This document shows, in pieces, positions 51,250 through 58,833 of a DNA stretch of 58,917 nucleotides (within the stretch, counting starts at the first letter, position 1; each line of letters opens with the position of its first letter). Origin of the DNA: a virus. The notes beneath the pieces were generated by a model. The model worked only from the letters and a program-made list of their open reading frames with translations. It did no database searches and was not told where the DNA came from. The stretch covers positions 1 through 58,917 of the IMG/VR virus record IMGVR_UViG_3300002307_000004. One strand, given 5' to 3'. The translations under genes were made by a program, and so were the position numbers.

Positions 51250-51395
51250 AAGATTTGATCGAGCGCGTAGGGATAGCGATATCCCTGCGCATCTTCTTCT
51301 TCGGGTATTTCCTATTTGCCGCATGTGCTGCGGTGGTTATGCCGTTAAGCACCGCACGGGTCGTCAAGGACGAAGCAAAACAATGGAAACTGTAA
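51231..51395 (+). CDS. 54-aa membrane peptide (below track cutoff)
   Basis: MGGQRIKDLIERVGIAISLRIFFFGYFLFAACAAVVMPLSTARVVKDEAKQWKL. Overlaps both neighbours. Confidence 0.35.
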   Translation: MGGQRIKDLIERVGIAISLRIFFFGYFLFAACAAVVMPLSTARVVKDEAKQWKL

Positions 51396-51613
51396 AAACG
51401 CCGCTTGAAAGTTATCTTGACCGCGCCACCGAATTGATTGAAAAATTGGATAAGACTGGCAACATGGAAAACCTGTATATGGCGGACATTCTGCGCATGG
51501 GTCGAGGTGTTATGACCCAGCAGGATGCGGAGATCAGGCATTTAAAAAACGAACTCTCCGTTAAAACTGAAACAATTAAAGCAATGTTATCCAGACGCAA
51601 GGAGCCAGTATGA
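51383..51613 (+). CDS. hypothetical coiled-coil protein (76 aa)
   Basis: ATG 51383. ATGA overlap with the next gene. Confidence 0.5.
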   Translation: METVKTPLESYLDRATELIEKLDKTGNMENLYMADILRMGRGVMTQQDAEIRHLKNELSVKTETIKAMLSRRKEPV

Positions 51614-51891
51614 TAACGGAAAACGACGGGAAGTTAGACATTTACGAATTTGTTGCGAGTTCAAAGCCCTACGATGCGTATGTCTATTACACGGGATTTA
51701 TCGCGAAGGATCGTGAAGACAAAAGCAAGCCCGAATTGGCGAGATACGTACAACAGGTTGCTAGGGCCGCTATGGAAATGAGTGACAAGGGCAAGATATG
51801 CCTTGTGCAACGGAAGCTCCGCTTTATGCAATATGAGTACATTGCAATCAAGCGGAAGCCCCCGCAGCCGTTTCCTCATCAGAAGACATAG
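51610..51891 (+). CDS. hypothetical protein (93 aa)
   Basis: Track ORF. Its 3' end overlaps the convergent phosphoesterase gene by 13 nt. Confidence 0.55.
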   Translation: MITENDGKLDIYEFVASSKPYDAYVYYTGFIAKDREDKSKPELARYVQQVARAAMEMSDKGKICLVQRKLRFMQYEYIAIKRKPPQPFPHQKT

Positions 51892-52814
51892 TCACCACGG
51901 AATACTGGGCGACCCCGAACCTTCTCACACATTTCCGGAGGGAACATGTATCCCTCCGCATCCATCGTCAGGACGGCAAACCCTTCTTGGTAACGAGTGG
52001 GCGCACCTTCGGTATATTCGAACTGTGGGCCATTTACGGGGCCAAGCATGCCCGTCTCCACGCCGTAGGTAGTACCGCGCCGATTACGATGCGCCGTGAC
52101 CTGTAGGGCGTGTGTGTGAGCCGTAATCATATTAATGCCGGACTCACGGGTGTTGTTAAAAGCAGTGTGGATACCACCACGGTAGCGATGCCGGAATTCT
52201 GTTTCCCCGATGGTAACGCCAAGGCAGAACTTGATCTGCGGGAAACGATCCGACAGACCACCGACATAGTCGTCCAGTTCTGGTGCGTTAGCCGCGAGGT
52301 AGTTATCTACCCTCATGTCATGGTTCCCAACCGTCCAGTACACTTCCTTGCACTTCGGGAGCATTGTTAAATATTCTTGGAATGTTTCAATTTCCAATGA
52401 TACTTTTGGAGCGGTGCTCCCATAACGTCCCGCATATTTGGAGATTCGCGCACCATCGATCATGTCACCCATCAGGACGATAACATCCGGCTTGATCAAA
52501 TGAGCGACACGGCAGAATGCTTCCCACATCATTGGGGCGGGTCCATACCAAGTATGAAGATCGCCACCAGCAAGAATCGTGATTTCTTTGTTGGGGTCGT
52601 AATTTAACATGGGTGGGATGCTCCACCGCATCTTCGGTTGCAACTCTTCTGGAAGTCCATTTGGGTATTTTAATTTGGCTGCTTCCACACGTTTTACGAA
52701 AGTAATGTATGGGACTTTCGACATTCGTGCTGCCGCTGCCATATTAAATTCGGCGATTGTTAACATCTGTAAAGTGTCAAGTAACACTTCGCCGCTCAAT
52801 GATTTTTTGTTCAT
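51879..52814 (-). CDS. calcineurin-like metallophosphoesterase with N-terminal HTH-like segment
   Basis: 311 aa. GGDLH, LMGDMIDG, VGNHD and ITAHTH are the ordered metallophosphatase motifs. It is the only antisense gene in the rightward operon. Confidence 0.75.
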   Translation of the reverse strand: MNKKSLSGEVLLDTLQMLTIAEFNMAAAARMSKVPYITFVKRVEAAKLKYPNGLPEELQPKMRWSIPPMLNYDPNKEITILAGGDLHTWYGPAPMMWEAFCRVAHLIKPDVIVLMGDMIDGARISKYAGRYGSTAPKVSLEIETFQEYLTMLPKCKEVYWTVGNHDMRVDNYLAANAPELDDYVGGLSDRFPQIKFCLGVTIGETEFRHRYRGGIHTAFNNTRESGINMITAHTHALQVTAHRNRRGTTYGVETGMLGPVNGPQFEYTEGAPTRYQEGFAVLTMDAEGYMFPPEMCEKVRGRPVFRGDYVF

Positions 52815-52830
52815 CCTTTTAAACCTTTGC

Positions 52831-52858
52831 TTGACATTCTGTTCCCCTGCGGTATTAT
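52831..52858 (+). promoter_or_regulatory. sigma70-like promoter TTGACA-N16-TATTAT
   Basis: Sits in the divergent gap between the phosphoesterase gene and 52908..53162. Confidence 0.55.
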
Positions 52859-52907
52859 CAAGTTGTCGATGGCGATCAAGGGGACCGCCAAAACAAGGAG
52901 AACATAC

Positions 52908-53162
52908 ATGCTTGATTTAATTAAGCAATTAAAAAATGCATGCGAGTCAGCGGAAGAATTTGAACTTGCGTGTGACAATCGCGAGTTTAAAAAAGAGGAA
53001 ATGGTTGAGTGGAAAGCGGCTCTTGCTCTTGAGGGTATGCATAACACTTTGACCTGTTTAACTGACAATGCGGAATATGGGGAAATAGGTTTGTATATTT
53101 CGTACAAACAATACGCCCGATTTCTTGCCGCTTATTTGATGGTGTTGAACAATGATCAGTGA
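52908..53162 (+). CDS. hypothetical protein (84 aa)
   Basis: ATG 52908 after AAGGAG. Confidence 0.55.
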   Translation: MLDLIKQLKNACESAEEFELACDNREFKKEEMVEWKAALALEGMHNTLTCLTDNAEYGEIGLYISYKQYARFLAAYLMVLNNDQ

Positions 53163-53277
53163 TTTGGATATCCTATGTGTGTACATCCCCGTGGGGATTT
53201 TAATGTGGAGTGGCGCGATCCTAGCCGTAACTGCCGCCTGTAAGATTTGCGAAGATTGGGGGAAGAACAATGGTTGA
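53152..53277 (+). CDS. 41-aa hydrophobic peptide (below track cutoff)
   Basis: MISDLDILCVYIPVGILMWSGAILAVTAACKICEDWGKNNG. Bridges the gap between two genes, overlapping both. Confidence 0.3.
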   Translation: MISDLDILCVYIPVGILMWSGAILAVTAACKICEDWGKNNG

Positions 53278-53554
53278 TGACAATTATCAAGAGATGTTAG
53301 CTACTACAAAAAAGTATGTGCTGGATAACGATAAAGATATCACCGCCTTGTGCGATGAAATTGGCAAGGTGATCGATAACAAAAACCTTGTACTTGGAAC
53401 AACTGCGTTGCAGTTAGTCTTGTCGCATCTGCTTGCGGGGTTTGACGAAGAAGATAAAATGAGTGTGATTAGGGTCACAATTCTTTTGATGTCTGCCGCT
53501 TTGAACAATGACGAAGGCAACTTCGGGTTTGTCGAAACGAAAGCTGTTCACTAA
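53270..53554 (+). CDS. hypothetical protein (94 aa)
   Basis: Track ORF. ATGA-type junction with the primase zinc-finger ORF. Confidence 0.55.
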   Translation: MVDDNYQEMLATTKKYVLDNDKDITALCDEIGKVIDNKNLVLGTTALQLVLSHLLAGFDEEDKMSVIRVTILLMSAALNNDEGNFGFVETKAVH

Positions 53555-53865
53555 TGGATGTCCTTGCGGCGGCACGTGCCAATGGGATAGATTTACGGAC
53601 GAGCAAAACGGGGTCGTATAAAACCCTGTGTCCGCAATGCAGTTCCAGTCGCAAAAAATCTTCGGACCGCTGCCTGTCAGTGCGCGTTGATGAAACGGGC
53701 ATTGGCTGGCGTTGCTTCAATTGCAGTTGGACAGGGGGAGAGATGAATGATAGCGGAAAAACATTTAAAATGGCTAGAGGGTCGCGGTCTGACAGCGACA
53801 ACAGCCGAACGTATGGGGTGCTACAGCGGGAGGCGCGAAGCCGATGGTTCAGTCCATCAAGATGA
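53554..53865 (+). CDS. primase zinc-binding domain ORF (Cys4), separate frame from the primase-helicase body
   Basis: CPQCSSSRKK...WRCFNCSWTGGE is a T7 gp4-type zinc ribbon. After about residue 68 the frame reads an unconserved-looking tail. Confidence 0.6.
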   Translation: MDVLAAARANGIDLRTSKTGSYKTLCPQCSSSRKKSSDRCLSVRVDETGIGWRCFNCSWTGGEMNDSGKTFKMARGSRSDSDNSRTYGVLQREARSRWFSPSR

Positions 53866-55234
53866 GACTGGGGAGATATTTGTCTTCCCTTTTATTCGCG
53901 GCGGTGTAGAAGTTGGCGCGAAATACAGGGGCGCACAAAAATCATTCTGGCAAAAGAAGGATGGGCGTAAGCAGTTCTTCAATGCGGACATTTTGGACGA
54001 GCCGATGCTGCATGATGGTCGTGCGGCCCTCGTCATAACTGAGGGTGAAGTCGATGCTATTTCTGTTGCCTACTCCGGTCATCCTTTTGTTGTTTCCGTT
54101 CCTGATGGTGCTCCTCCCCCTAGGGATCGTGATGGAAAGCTCATTCGCGTTGCTGAAAGCGATCCCATCAACGTTGATCAAGACGTCAAATACGGTTTCA
54201 TCCTTAATGACTGGGATAGCCTTTCCAAAATCCCGCGTATCATAATTGCGGTTGACAATGATGAAGCTGGTCAACGCCTTGCGGAAGAGCTTGTACGAAG
54301 GCTTGATCGTGTTCGCTGTTCGTTTGTGGTATATCCGGACGGTTGTAAGGACTTTAATGATGTCCTTGTTAAACATGGTTCGGAAACTGTTCTGGATATT
54401 TTAGATAACTCGAAGCCATATCCCATAGATGGTCTGTTCAAGGAGCAGGACTTCCCACCCGCAGAACCGATAAAAACCTACTCTACAGGTTGGGCTTTAG
54501 TAGACGGGTACCTGACCCCCCATCTGGGCGCGTTCATGGTTGTGGGCGGCTTTCCGGGGCATGGGAAGAGTACTTGGACCATGCAGTTGGTCGCGAACCT
54601 TGCGAAGATGCACAAATGGCCTATCGCTGTCGCATCATTCGAAATGCAAATCTCCCCCTATGTCACGCATGCCATTATGGGTGCGGCTATCGGGGGAAAG
54701 TTTGCGGATGCGTCAAGTGCGCTAAAAGAAAAGGCAACCGTCTTTATCAACAAGTATTTCACGTTCATCGCACCAAATCGTGCTAACGTGGATATCGAAC
54801 ATGATATTGATTGGCTATTGGATAAGATGCAGACGGCAGTAATCCGCGAAGGGGTCAAGTGCGTACTGATCGACCCTTGGAATGAAATCGAACACCGTAA
54901 AAAGGCAGACGAAAGCCAAACAGAATATATTGGACGCGCCATCAAAAAGCTAAAATCGTTTGCTATGCAATATAATGTGCTGGTGATCGTAGTGGTCCAC
55001 CCAACCAAGGCATCCAGCCAAATGGATAGCGAAGAGTTAAGTTTGTACAGTCTCGCGGATAGCTCCCATTGGGCCAACAAGGCTGATCTTGGGGTGATCG
55101 TTGGGCGTATCGGTGATCCGGAATACGATACGTCAACTGGTATTTACATTAAGAAGATTCGGTATCAACCGGATGCGGGAAAGATTGGGTACACGGTGTT
55201 GAATTTTGATACCAGAAACCGATTGTTCCGTTAA
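53747..55234 (+). CDS. T7 gp4-like primase-helicase (TOPRIM plus DnaB-family helicase) lacking its zinc finger
   Basis: LEGRGLTATTAERMGCY, VITEGEVDAIS and IIAVDNDEAGQ are TOPRIM motifs. GGFPGHGKST is Walker A and CVLIDPWNE is Walker B. The frame is +1 relative to the zinc-finger ORF. Confidence 0.85.
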   Translation: MIAEKHLKWLEGRGLTATTAERMGCYSGRREADGSVHQDETGEIFVFPFIRGGVEVGAKYRGAQKSFWQKKDGRKQFFNADILDEPMLHDGRAALVITEGEVDAISVAYSGHPFVVSVPDGAPPPRDRDGKLIRVAESDPINVDQDVKYGFILNDWDSLSKIPRIIIAVDNDEAGQRLAEELVRRLDRVRCSFVVYPDGCKDFNDVLVKHGSETVLDILDNSKPYPIDGLFKEQDFPPAEPIKTYSTGWALVDGYLTPHLGAFMVVGGFPGHGKSTWTMQLVANLAKMHKWPIAVASFEMQISPYVTHAIMGAAIGGKFADASSALKEKATVFINKYFTFIAPNRANVDIEHDIDWLLDKMQTAVIREGVKCVLIDPWNEIEHRKKADESQTEYIGRAIKKLKSFAMQYNVLVIVVVHPTKASSQMDSEELSLYSLADSSHWANKADLGVIVGRIGDPEYDTSTGIYIKKIRYQPDAGKIGYTVLNFDTRNRLFR

Positions 55235-55299
55235 ACCGTTGCGCTATACTACTTCCTATTCGTCCCGCCGTTTTTGCTCCTTTTGCGGCGGTTGATGAA

Positions 55300-55323
55300 G
55301 GGGGAGGGCTTTCCCCCTGTTTT
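55300..55323 (+). terminator. rho-independent terminator ending the rightward operon
   Basis: GGGGGA-GGGCTT-TCCCCC followed by TGTTTT. A second hairpin (CCGCCG...CGGCGG) lies just upstream at 55265..55291. Confidence 0.65.
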
Positions 55324-55339
55324 GGCCCTCCCCCAACCA

Positions 55340-55549
55340 TCATGCAGCAATCATTTCGCCATCGTTATCAATTTCGTATGCATCCGAAACTTCCGTATCG
55401 AATTCATCGATCACGTTTGTATTGGCGGCTACAGGAAAGTCACGAACGAATTCTAATTCCGCAATTTCGATAGCGGATTCGATGCTGTCCGCTACAATTT
55501 CGTATTCTCGAATTAGAGGCGCAGTAATAGATACGATGTATTTAGCCAT
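55340..55549 (-). CDS. small strongly acidic protein (69 aa)
   Basis: Track ORF. Many Asp/Glu and very few basic residues. Last gene of the long leftward accessory unit. Confidence 0.55.
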   Translation of the reverse strand: MAKYIVSITAPLIREYEIVADSIESAIEIAELEFVRDFPVAANTNVIDEFDTEVSDAYEIDNDGEMIAA

Positions 55550-55555
55550 GTTGGC

Positions 55556-55579
55556 TCTCCTGTGGTTGTGAACAGGAGA
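55556..55579 (-). promoter_or_regulatory. RBS-sequestering hairpin (minus strand TCTCCTGT-N8-ACAGGAGA)
   Basis: 8-bp stem. Its 3' arm on the minus strand is the AGGAGAG Shine-Dalgarno of 55340..55549. Confidence 0.5.
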
Positions 55580-55620
55580 ACCATATCATTTGCGGGTGAC
55601 AAACTGGCGAACAATTCCGT

Positions 55621-55857
55621 TCAATTTTTGGTTGGCTCGTCCCGTGCAGCAAGCATAGCATCCGCAATTTCGTATGACCAAACCGCAAATTTGTCGAAAT
55701 CTTCAATTCCAAAATAGGTTGCAGAACGAGTAATTATCCCCGTTAACGCCGACATTGCAAACTGATCTCGTAATGTTGGGCGTTCTTGCAATTCGGATTT
55801 CAAATAAACGTTTTCAATTTCCAAATCATTGATTCGGGTTTTTGCCATTTTATACAT
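55621..55857 (-). CDS. hypothetical protein (78 aa)
   Basis: ATG 55857, 6 nt after AGGAGA. Confidence 0.55.
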   Translation of the reverse strand: MYKMAKTRINDLEIENVYLKSELQERPTLRDQFAMSALTGIITRSATYFGIEDFDKFAVWSYEIADAMLAARDEPTKN

Positions 55858-56010
55858 TATTCATCTCCTATTTTTTTGTAGTTAAACATAAGAATGTCAG
55901 CTAATCTGGTTTCACGGCAAATGCATAATTTGCGGGGACCGAACCAAACCTTGTGCTTCACGCTCACCCGTTGCTGACGCGGCTGTGTTGGAGGTTTACC
56001 CCGCGAAACT

Positions 56011-56268
56011 TTAAATTTCGTATATTGTAGAATGTGATTTTGACGTTATCATTTTAAGAGTTGCCCTTAGCCTATCGTTTCGCAACCGCAACTCTTCAAT
56101 CATTTCGGCGGCTTTGGCCTTTAATTCTTCGTCCTCTTCAGATTTTTTCCGCAACCGTTCAATCTCGTCAGCGGCAACATGGTTCATAGTAGGTTCAACA
56201 ATCACAGACCTTTCTTCGGGCCACCCATATATTGGTCGATAACGGCGCAACCGTTCAACAATGTCCAT
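56011..56268 (-). CDS. DIVERLR/ADEIERLR-family protein
   Basis: MDIVERLRRYRP...HVAADEIERLRKKSEE. TAATG overlap with the upstream gene. Confidence 0.7.
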   Translation of the reverse strand: MDIVERLRRYRPIYGWPEERSVIVEPTMNHVAADEIERLRKKSEEDEELKAKAAEMIEELRLRNDRLRATLKMITSKSHSTIYEI

Positions 56269-56567
56269 TACTCGCCCTCCAATGCCTTAATTGCCAAATC
56301 AACACACGAAATTAATGTTACCCAAAGAACACCTTCTTCTGGCGTGGATGGGGTTGGAAGCCGTTCGTTATTAACCGCCGCAATCTTACACAATGTTTCT
56401 CGCAGCTCTAACCTTTGCTGGCGCAAATTAACGACATGCTCATCTAACGTGTTCACACGTTGGTGCAACCGTTCAATTTCTTGTGCCGCAATTTCAGCAA
56501 CTGGACTGATTCCTCCGTCCATCAAAAACACTTCATAACTTCGCAACCGTTCAACAATGTCTTCCAT
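56268..56567 (-). CDS. DIVERLR-family protein
   Basis: MEDIVERLRSYEV...AAQEIERLHQRVN, ending ALEGE. Confidence 0.7.
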   Translation of the reverse strand: MEDIVERLRSYEVFLMDGGISPVAEIAAQEIERLHQRVNTLDEHVVNLRQQRLELRETLCKIAAVNNERLPTPSTPEEGVLWVTLISCVDLAIKALEGE

Positions 56568-56570
56568 CAC

Positions 56571-56972
56571 TCACTCCTGAATTTTGATGTCATGATCCAG
56601 ATCAACACGTTCAGAATAATATCCGTTTGATGTCCCGAACCAGCGCACATCTACATATCCCTTGCGTGTTGCGAATTTGTAGAACGTGTAGGTGTAACTC
56701 CCGTAGTCATAATCATAATCAGCGTCGTCTTTGACAGCAGGGGGAGGCGTAACACCACTGACATCTTCTGCGATTAGCAAAGGTTCGCCGATAAGGTCGT
56801 TTAAATCCCCGCTAATGTCTTCAATAATTACGTTTTCACAGCAAGATTGAACATGGTAAAAGGTAAATTTTTCTTCACCATTTTCAAAAATCATTTCATC
56901 TTCTGTTGCCGTAACAATGGTAAATGTTTTGCCAATCATATTTTCAATTTTACCGTCTGGCTCCCAGTTCAT
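56571..56972 (-). CDS. hypothetical protein, unrelated insert in the array (133 aa)
   Basis: MNWEPDGKIENMIGKTF...FYHVQSCCENVIIEDISGDLNDLIGEP...YTFYKFATRKGYVDVRWFGTSNGYYSE. No DIVERLR module. Confidence 0.65.
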   Translation of the reverse strand: MNWEPDGKIENMIGKTFTIVTATEDEMIFENGEEKFTFYHVQSCCENVIIEDISGDLNDLIGEPLLIAEDVSGVTPPPAVKDDADYDYDYGSYTYTFYKFATRKGYVDVRWFGTSNGYYSERVDLDHDIKIQE

Positions 56973-57310
56973 CACTCATCTCCTGTTTCTTTGGCAAGAG
57001 CGGCTTCGGCTTCATAAATAGCGCGTGTTCTTCCACATGTGCATTTTAACCCGCCGTCACAACGCCCAACATGGCCCGTCCAACGAACAACCCAAATATG
57101 TACTGTCTTTAACGCGTCCACCAACTCTGCGTTTTGCTGGCGTAATTGTTCAATCTTGGCATCTTTTTCTCTTAATTCTTTTGCCGCATTTTCCATCAAA
57201 CCAACAATATCAACATATTCACTACCGTTTCCGCCGCTGGCAGCAATCTCAAGCATGTCAGCGGTTGTGACAATAAAAGGCTCGTCAGCCATCTCTTCTA
57301 AAACGTTCAT
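56972..57310 (-). CDS. array member with LRQQNAEL module and Cys-rich C-part
   Basis: KIEQLRQQNAELVDALKTVHIWVVRWTGHVGRCDGGLKCTCGRTRAIYEAEAALAKETGDE is paralogous to 57310..57576. Confidence 0.7.
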   Translation of the reverse strand: MNVLEEMADEPFIVTTADMLEIAASGGNGSEYVDIVGLMENAAKELREKDAKIEQLRQQNAELVDALKTVHIWVVRWTGHVGRCDGGLKCTCGRTRAIYEAEAALAKETGDE

Positions 57311-57576
57311 CACTTCTCTCCTTCTGTTGCTTTAGCGATGGCGTCGGCGGCTCCATTAAGAGCGTGGGTCTTCCCGCACGTGCAGTTCTCGTCACCGCCA
57401 CAATCAAAAAATGGGTCACACCCAAAATGTCCAGTAGAACGGATACTCCAAATGTGTAGTGTCTTCAACGCTTCCAACAATTCTTCATTTTGCTGGCGCA
57501 AGCGTTTATTTTTTGCTCCCAGTTCTATCACCGCACATGCCAAATCCTCTTGGGCTTCTTTTGATAATTTTTCCAT
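57310..57576 (-). CDS. array member with LRQQNEEL module and Cys-rich C-part
   Basis: NKRLRQQNEELLEALKTLHIWSIRSTGHFGCDPFFDCGGDENCTCGKTHALNGAADAIAKATEGEK. Confidence 0.7.
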   Translation of the reverse strand: MEKLSKEAQEDLACAVIELGAKNKRLRQQNEELLEALKTLHIWSIRSTGHFGCDPFFDCGGDENCTCGKTHALNGAADAIAKATEGEK

Positions 57577-57791
57577 CACTCACCTCCCTTTGCTTCTGCT
57601 TCTGCTTTTTCTGCCGCCATCCATTCTGCAAACGCTTCTGCTAATACTTCTGCTCCGGCTTCTGCTACTGCTACCCATTCGGCTCTTGCTGTTTCTGCTG
57701 CCTCCCATGCTGTTTTTGATTTTGCTTCTTCTTCTGCTTTTGTGGCAAAATACACCGACTGTGCTTTTTGCGAACGTGTTAGTAGTTCCAT
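57576..57791 (-). CDS. Ala/Glu-rich low-complexity protein (71 aa)
   Basis: ATG 57791 (TGATG overlap). AEEEAKSKTAWEAAETARAEWVAVAEAGAEVLAEAFAEWMAAEKAEAEAKGGE. The DNA is a degenerate GCTTCT repeat. Confidence 0.55.
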   Translation of the reverse strand: MELLTRSQKAQSVYFATKAEEEAKSKTAWEAAETARAEWVAVAEAGAEVLAEAFAEWMAAEKAEAEAKGGE

Positions 57792-57964
57792 CACACACTC
57801 CTTTGCGCTTCCCACAGCGCGTCATAAGTTTTTTCGGATAGCCTTTGCAGGGCAGCTTCAAGTTTCCGCATGTCCCGTATTGTTTCTTTCAGCCGCTGTT
57901 CCAGTCGCTTGTTTCGCTCCTGCAACTGTTTGTTTTTTTCTTTTAATCGTTCAACAGTGTTCAT
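57791..57964 (-). CDS. DIVERLR-family short member (57 aa, below track cutoff)
   Basis: MNTVERLKEKNKQLQERNKRLEQRLKETIRDMRKLEAALQRLSEKTYDALWEAQRSV. TGATG overlaps at both ends. Confidence 0.6.
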   Translation of the reverse strand: MNTVERLKEKNKQLQERNKRLEQRLKETIRDMRKLEAALQRLSEKTYDALWEAQRSV

Positions 57965-58158
57965 CACTCACCTCCTGTTGCTTCGCCATGAAGTGCAGGA
58001 ACACGAAACCACGCCCATGCGCTTGTTGCCATCCACATCCTGCCAAACTTGTCTTGATAATAATAAATGTGTTTGCCATACAATGAGAACCTATACTCTT
58101 GCCTAACCATAGGTCTGCCGCCCGTCATGTGGGCCAGCACCCGTTCAACAATGTCCAT
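57964..58158 (-). CDS. DIVERLR-family protein
   Basis: MDIVERVLAHMTGGRP..., ending HGEATGGE. Confidence 0.65.
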   Translation of the reverse strand: MDIVERVLAHMTGGRPMVRQEYRFSLYGKHIYYYQDKFGRMWMATSAWAWFRVPALHGEATGGE

Positions 58159-58463
58159 CACTCATCTCCCTTTGCTTTGGCGGGTTGCTCGTCCTCATAC
58201 AGTTTGACGGCCTGATCAAACGCTTCCATAAACTCGTTGCCTCTGTTCTGGCGCATGTGCCAGATCGTCAACATGTATTTGGCGTCTCGCTTGGCGTTCT
58301 TCCGCAACCGTTCAATCTCGTCAGCGGCTTCCTTGCCAGCCGCCATCCAGCACTTCTGGCGGTCACCACCAAGTTCTTCCCACGTTGGTAGCGGTTTGCC
58401 GTCATAGGTTACACCACCAGCCGCCTCGCAGTATGCGGCCCACATTCTCTTTACAGTATCCAT
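58158..58463 (-). CDS. ADEIERLR-family protein
   Basis: MDTVKRMWAAY...KEAADEIERLRKNAKRD, ending AKAKGDE. Confidence 0.7.
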   Translation of the reverse strand: MDTVKRMWAAYCEAAGGVTYDGKPLPTWEELGGDRQKCWMAAGKEAADEIERLRKNAKRDAKYMLTIWHMRQNRGNEFMEAFDQAVKLYEDEQPAKAKGDE

Positions 58464-58468
58464 CACTC

Positions 58469-58630
58469 TTATCCTGTTGTTTTAGCCATGTCGCAAGTAA
58501 TGCGCCCGCCCCCGCTGACATTCGCGTGTTTAAGCCGCCACCCATTGCCGTATCGTTCAAAGTGTCCTGTGCCGACTTTCACCAATCGCCCGCACTGATA
58601 GCAGCGGCCTTCCCATTTGTTGCGAGCCAT
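58469..58630 (-). CDS. small zinc-ribbon-like protein (53 aa, below track cutoff)
   Basis: MARNKWEGRCYQCGRLVKVGTGHFERYGNGWRLKHANVSGGGRITCDMAKTTG. TGATG overlap with the upstream gene. Confidence 0.5.
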   Translation of the reverse strand: MARNKWEGRCYQCGRLVKVGTGHFERYGNGWRLKHANVSGGGRITCDMAKTTG

Positions 58631-58833
58631 CACTTCTCTCCTCCTGTTGCTTTGGCGATGGCGAGTTTTGCGGCATCCATTTCATAAGGGTTATCAGGCC
58701 AATGTGAAACGGACCATAAATCCGTTAACGCTTTCAACAATTCTGCATTTTGCTGGCGCAACCGTTCAATTTCGTCAGCGGCAATGCCCATAGGGGTCAA
58801 ACTTGCATTTCTTATACGTTCAACAATGTCCAT
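58630..58833 (-). CDS. DIVERLR/ADEIERLR-family protein
   Basis: MDIVERIRNASLTPMGIAADEIERLRQQNAELLKAL...AKLAIAKATGGEK. Confidence 0.7.
   Translation of the reverse strand: MDIVERIRNASLTPMGIAADEIERLRQQNAELLKALTDLWSVSHWPDNPYEMDAAKLAIAKATGGEK

Noticed and set aside
53764-53770. Canonical -1 slippery heptamer T_TTA_AAA near the primase frame junction
   Set aside because: It is in phase only for the downstream (helicase) frame, so a -1 slip would lead out of the helicase frame into the zinc-finger ORF tail. This is the wrong direction for fusing the domains.
55932-56004. 73-nt segment with complementary ends that might be a second tRNA
   Set aside because: On either strand there is no GTTCGAAT-type T-loop, no GG D-loop and no foldable T-arm next to the acceptor-like stem. 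Kept only as a possible structured RNA.
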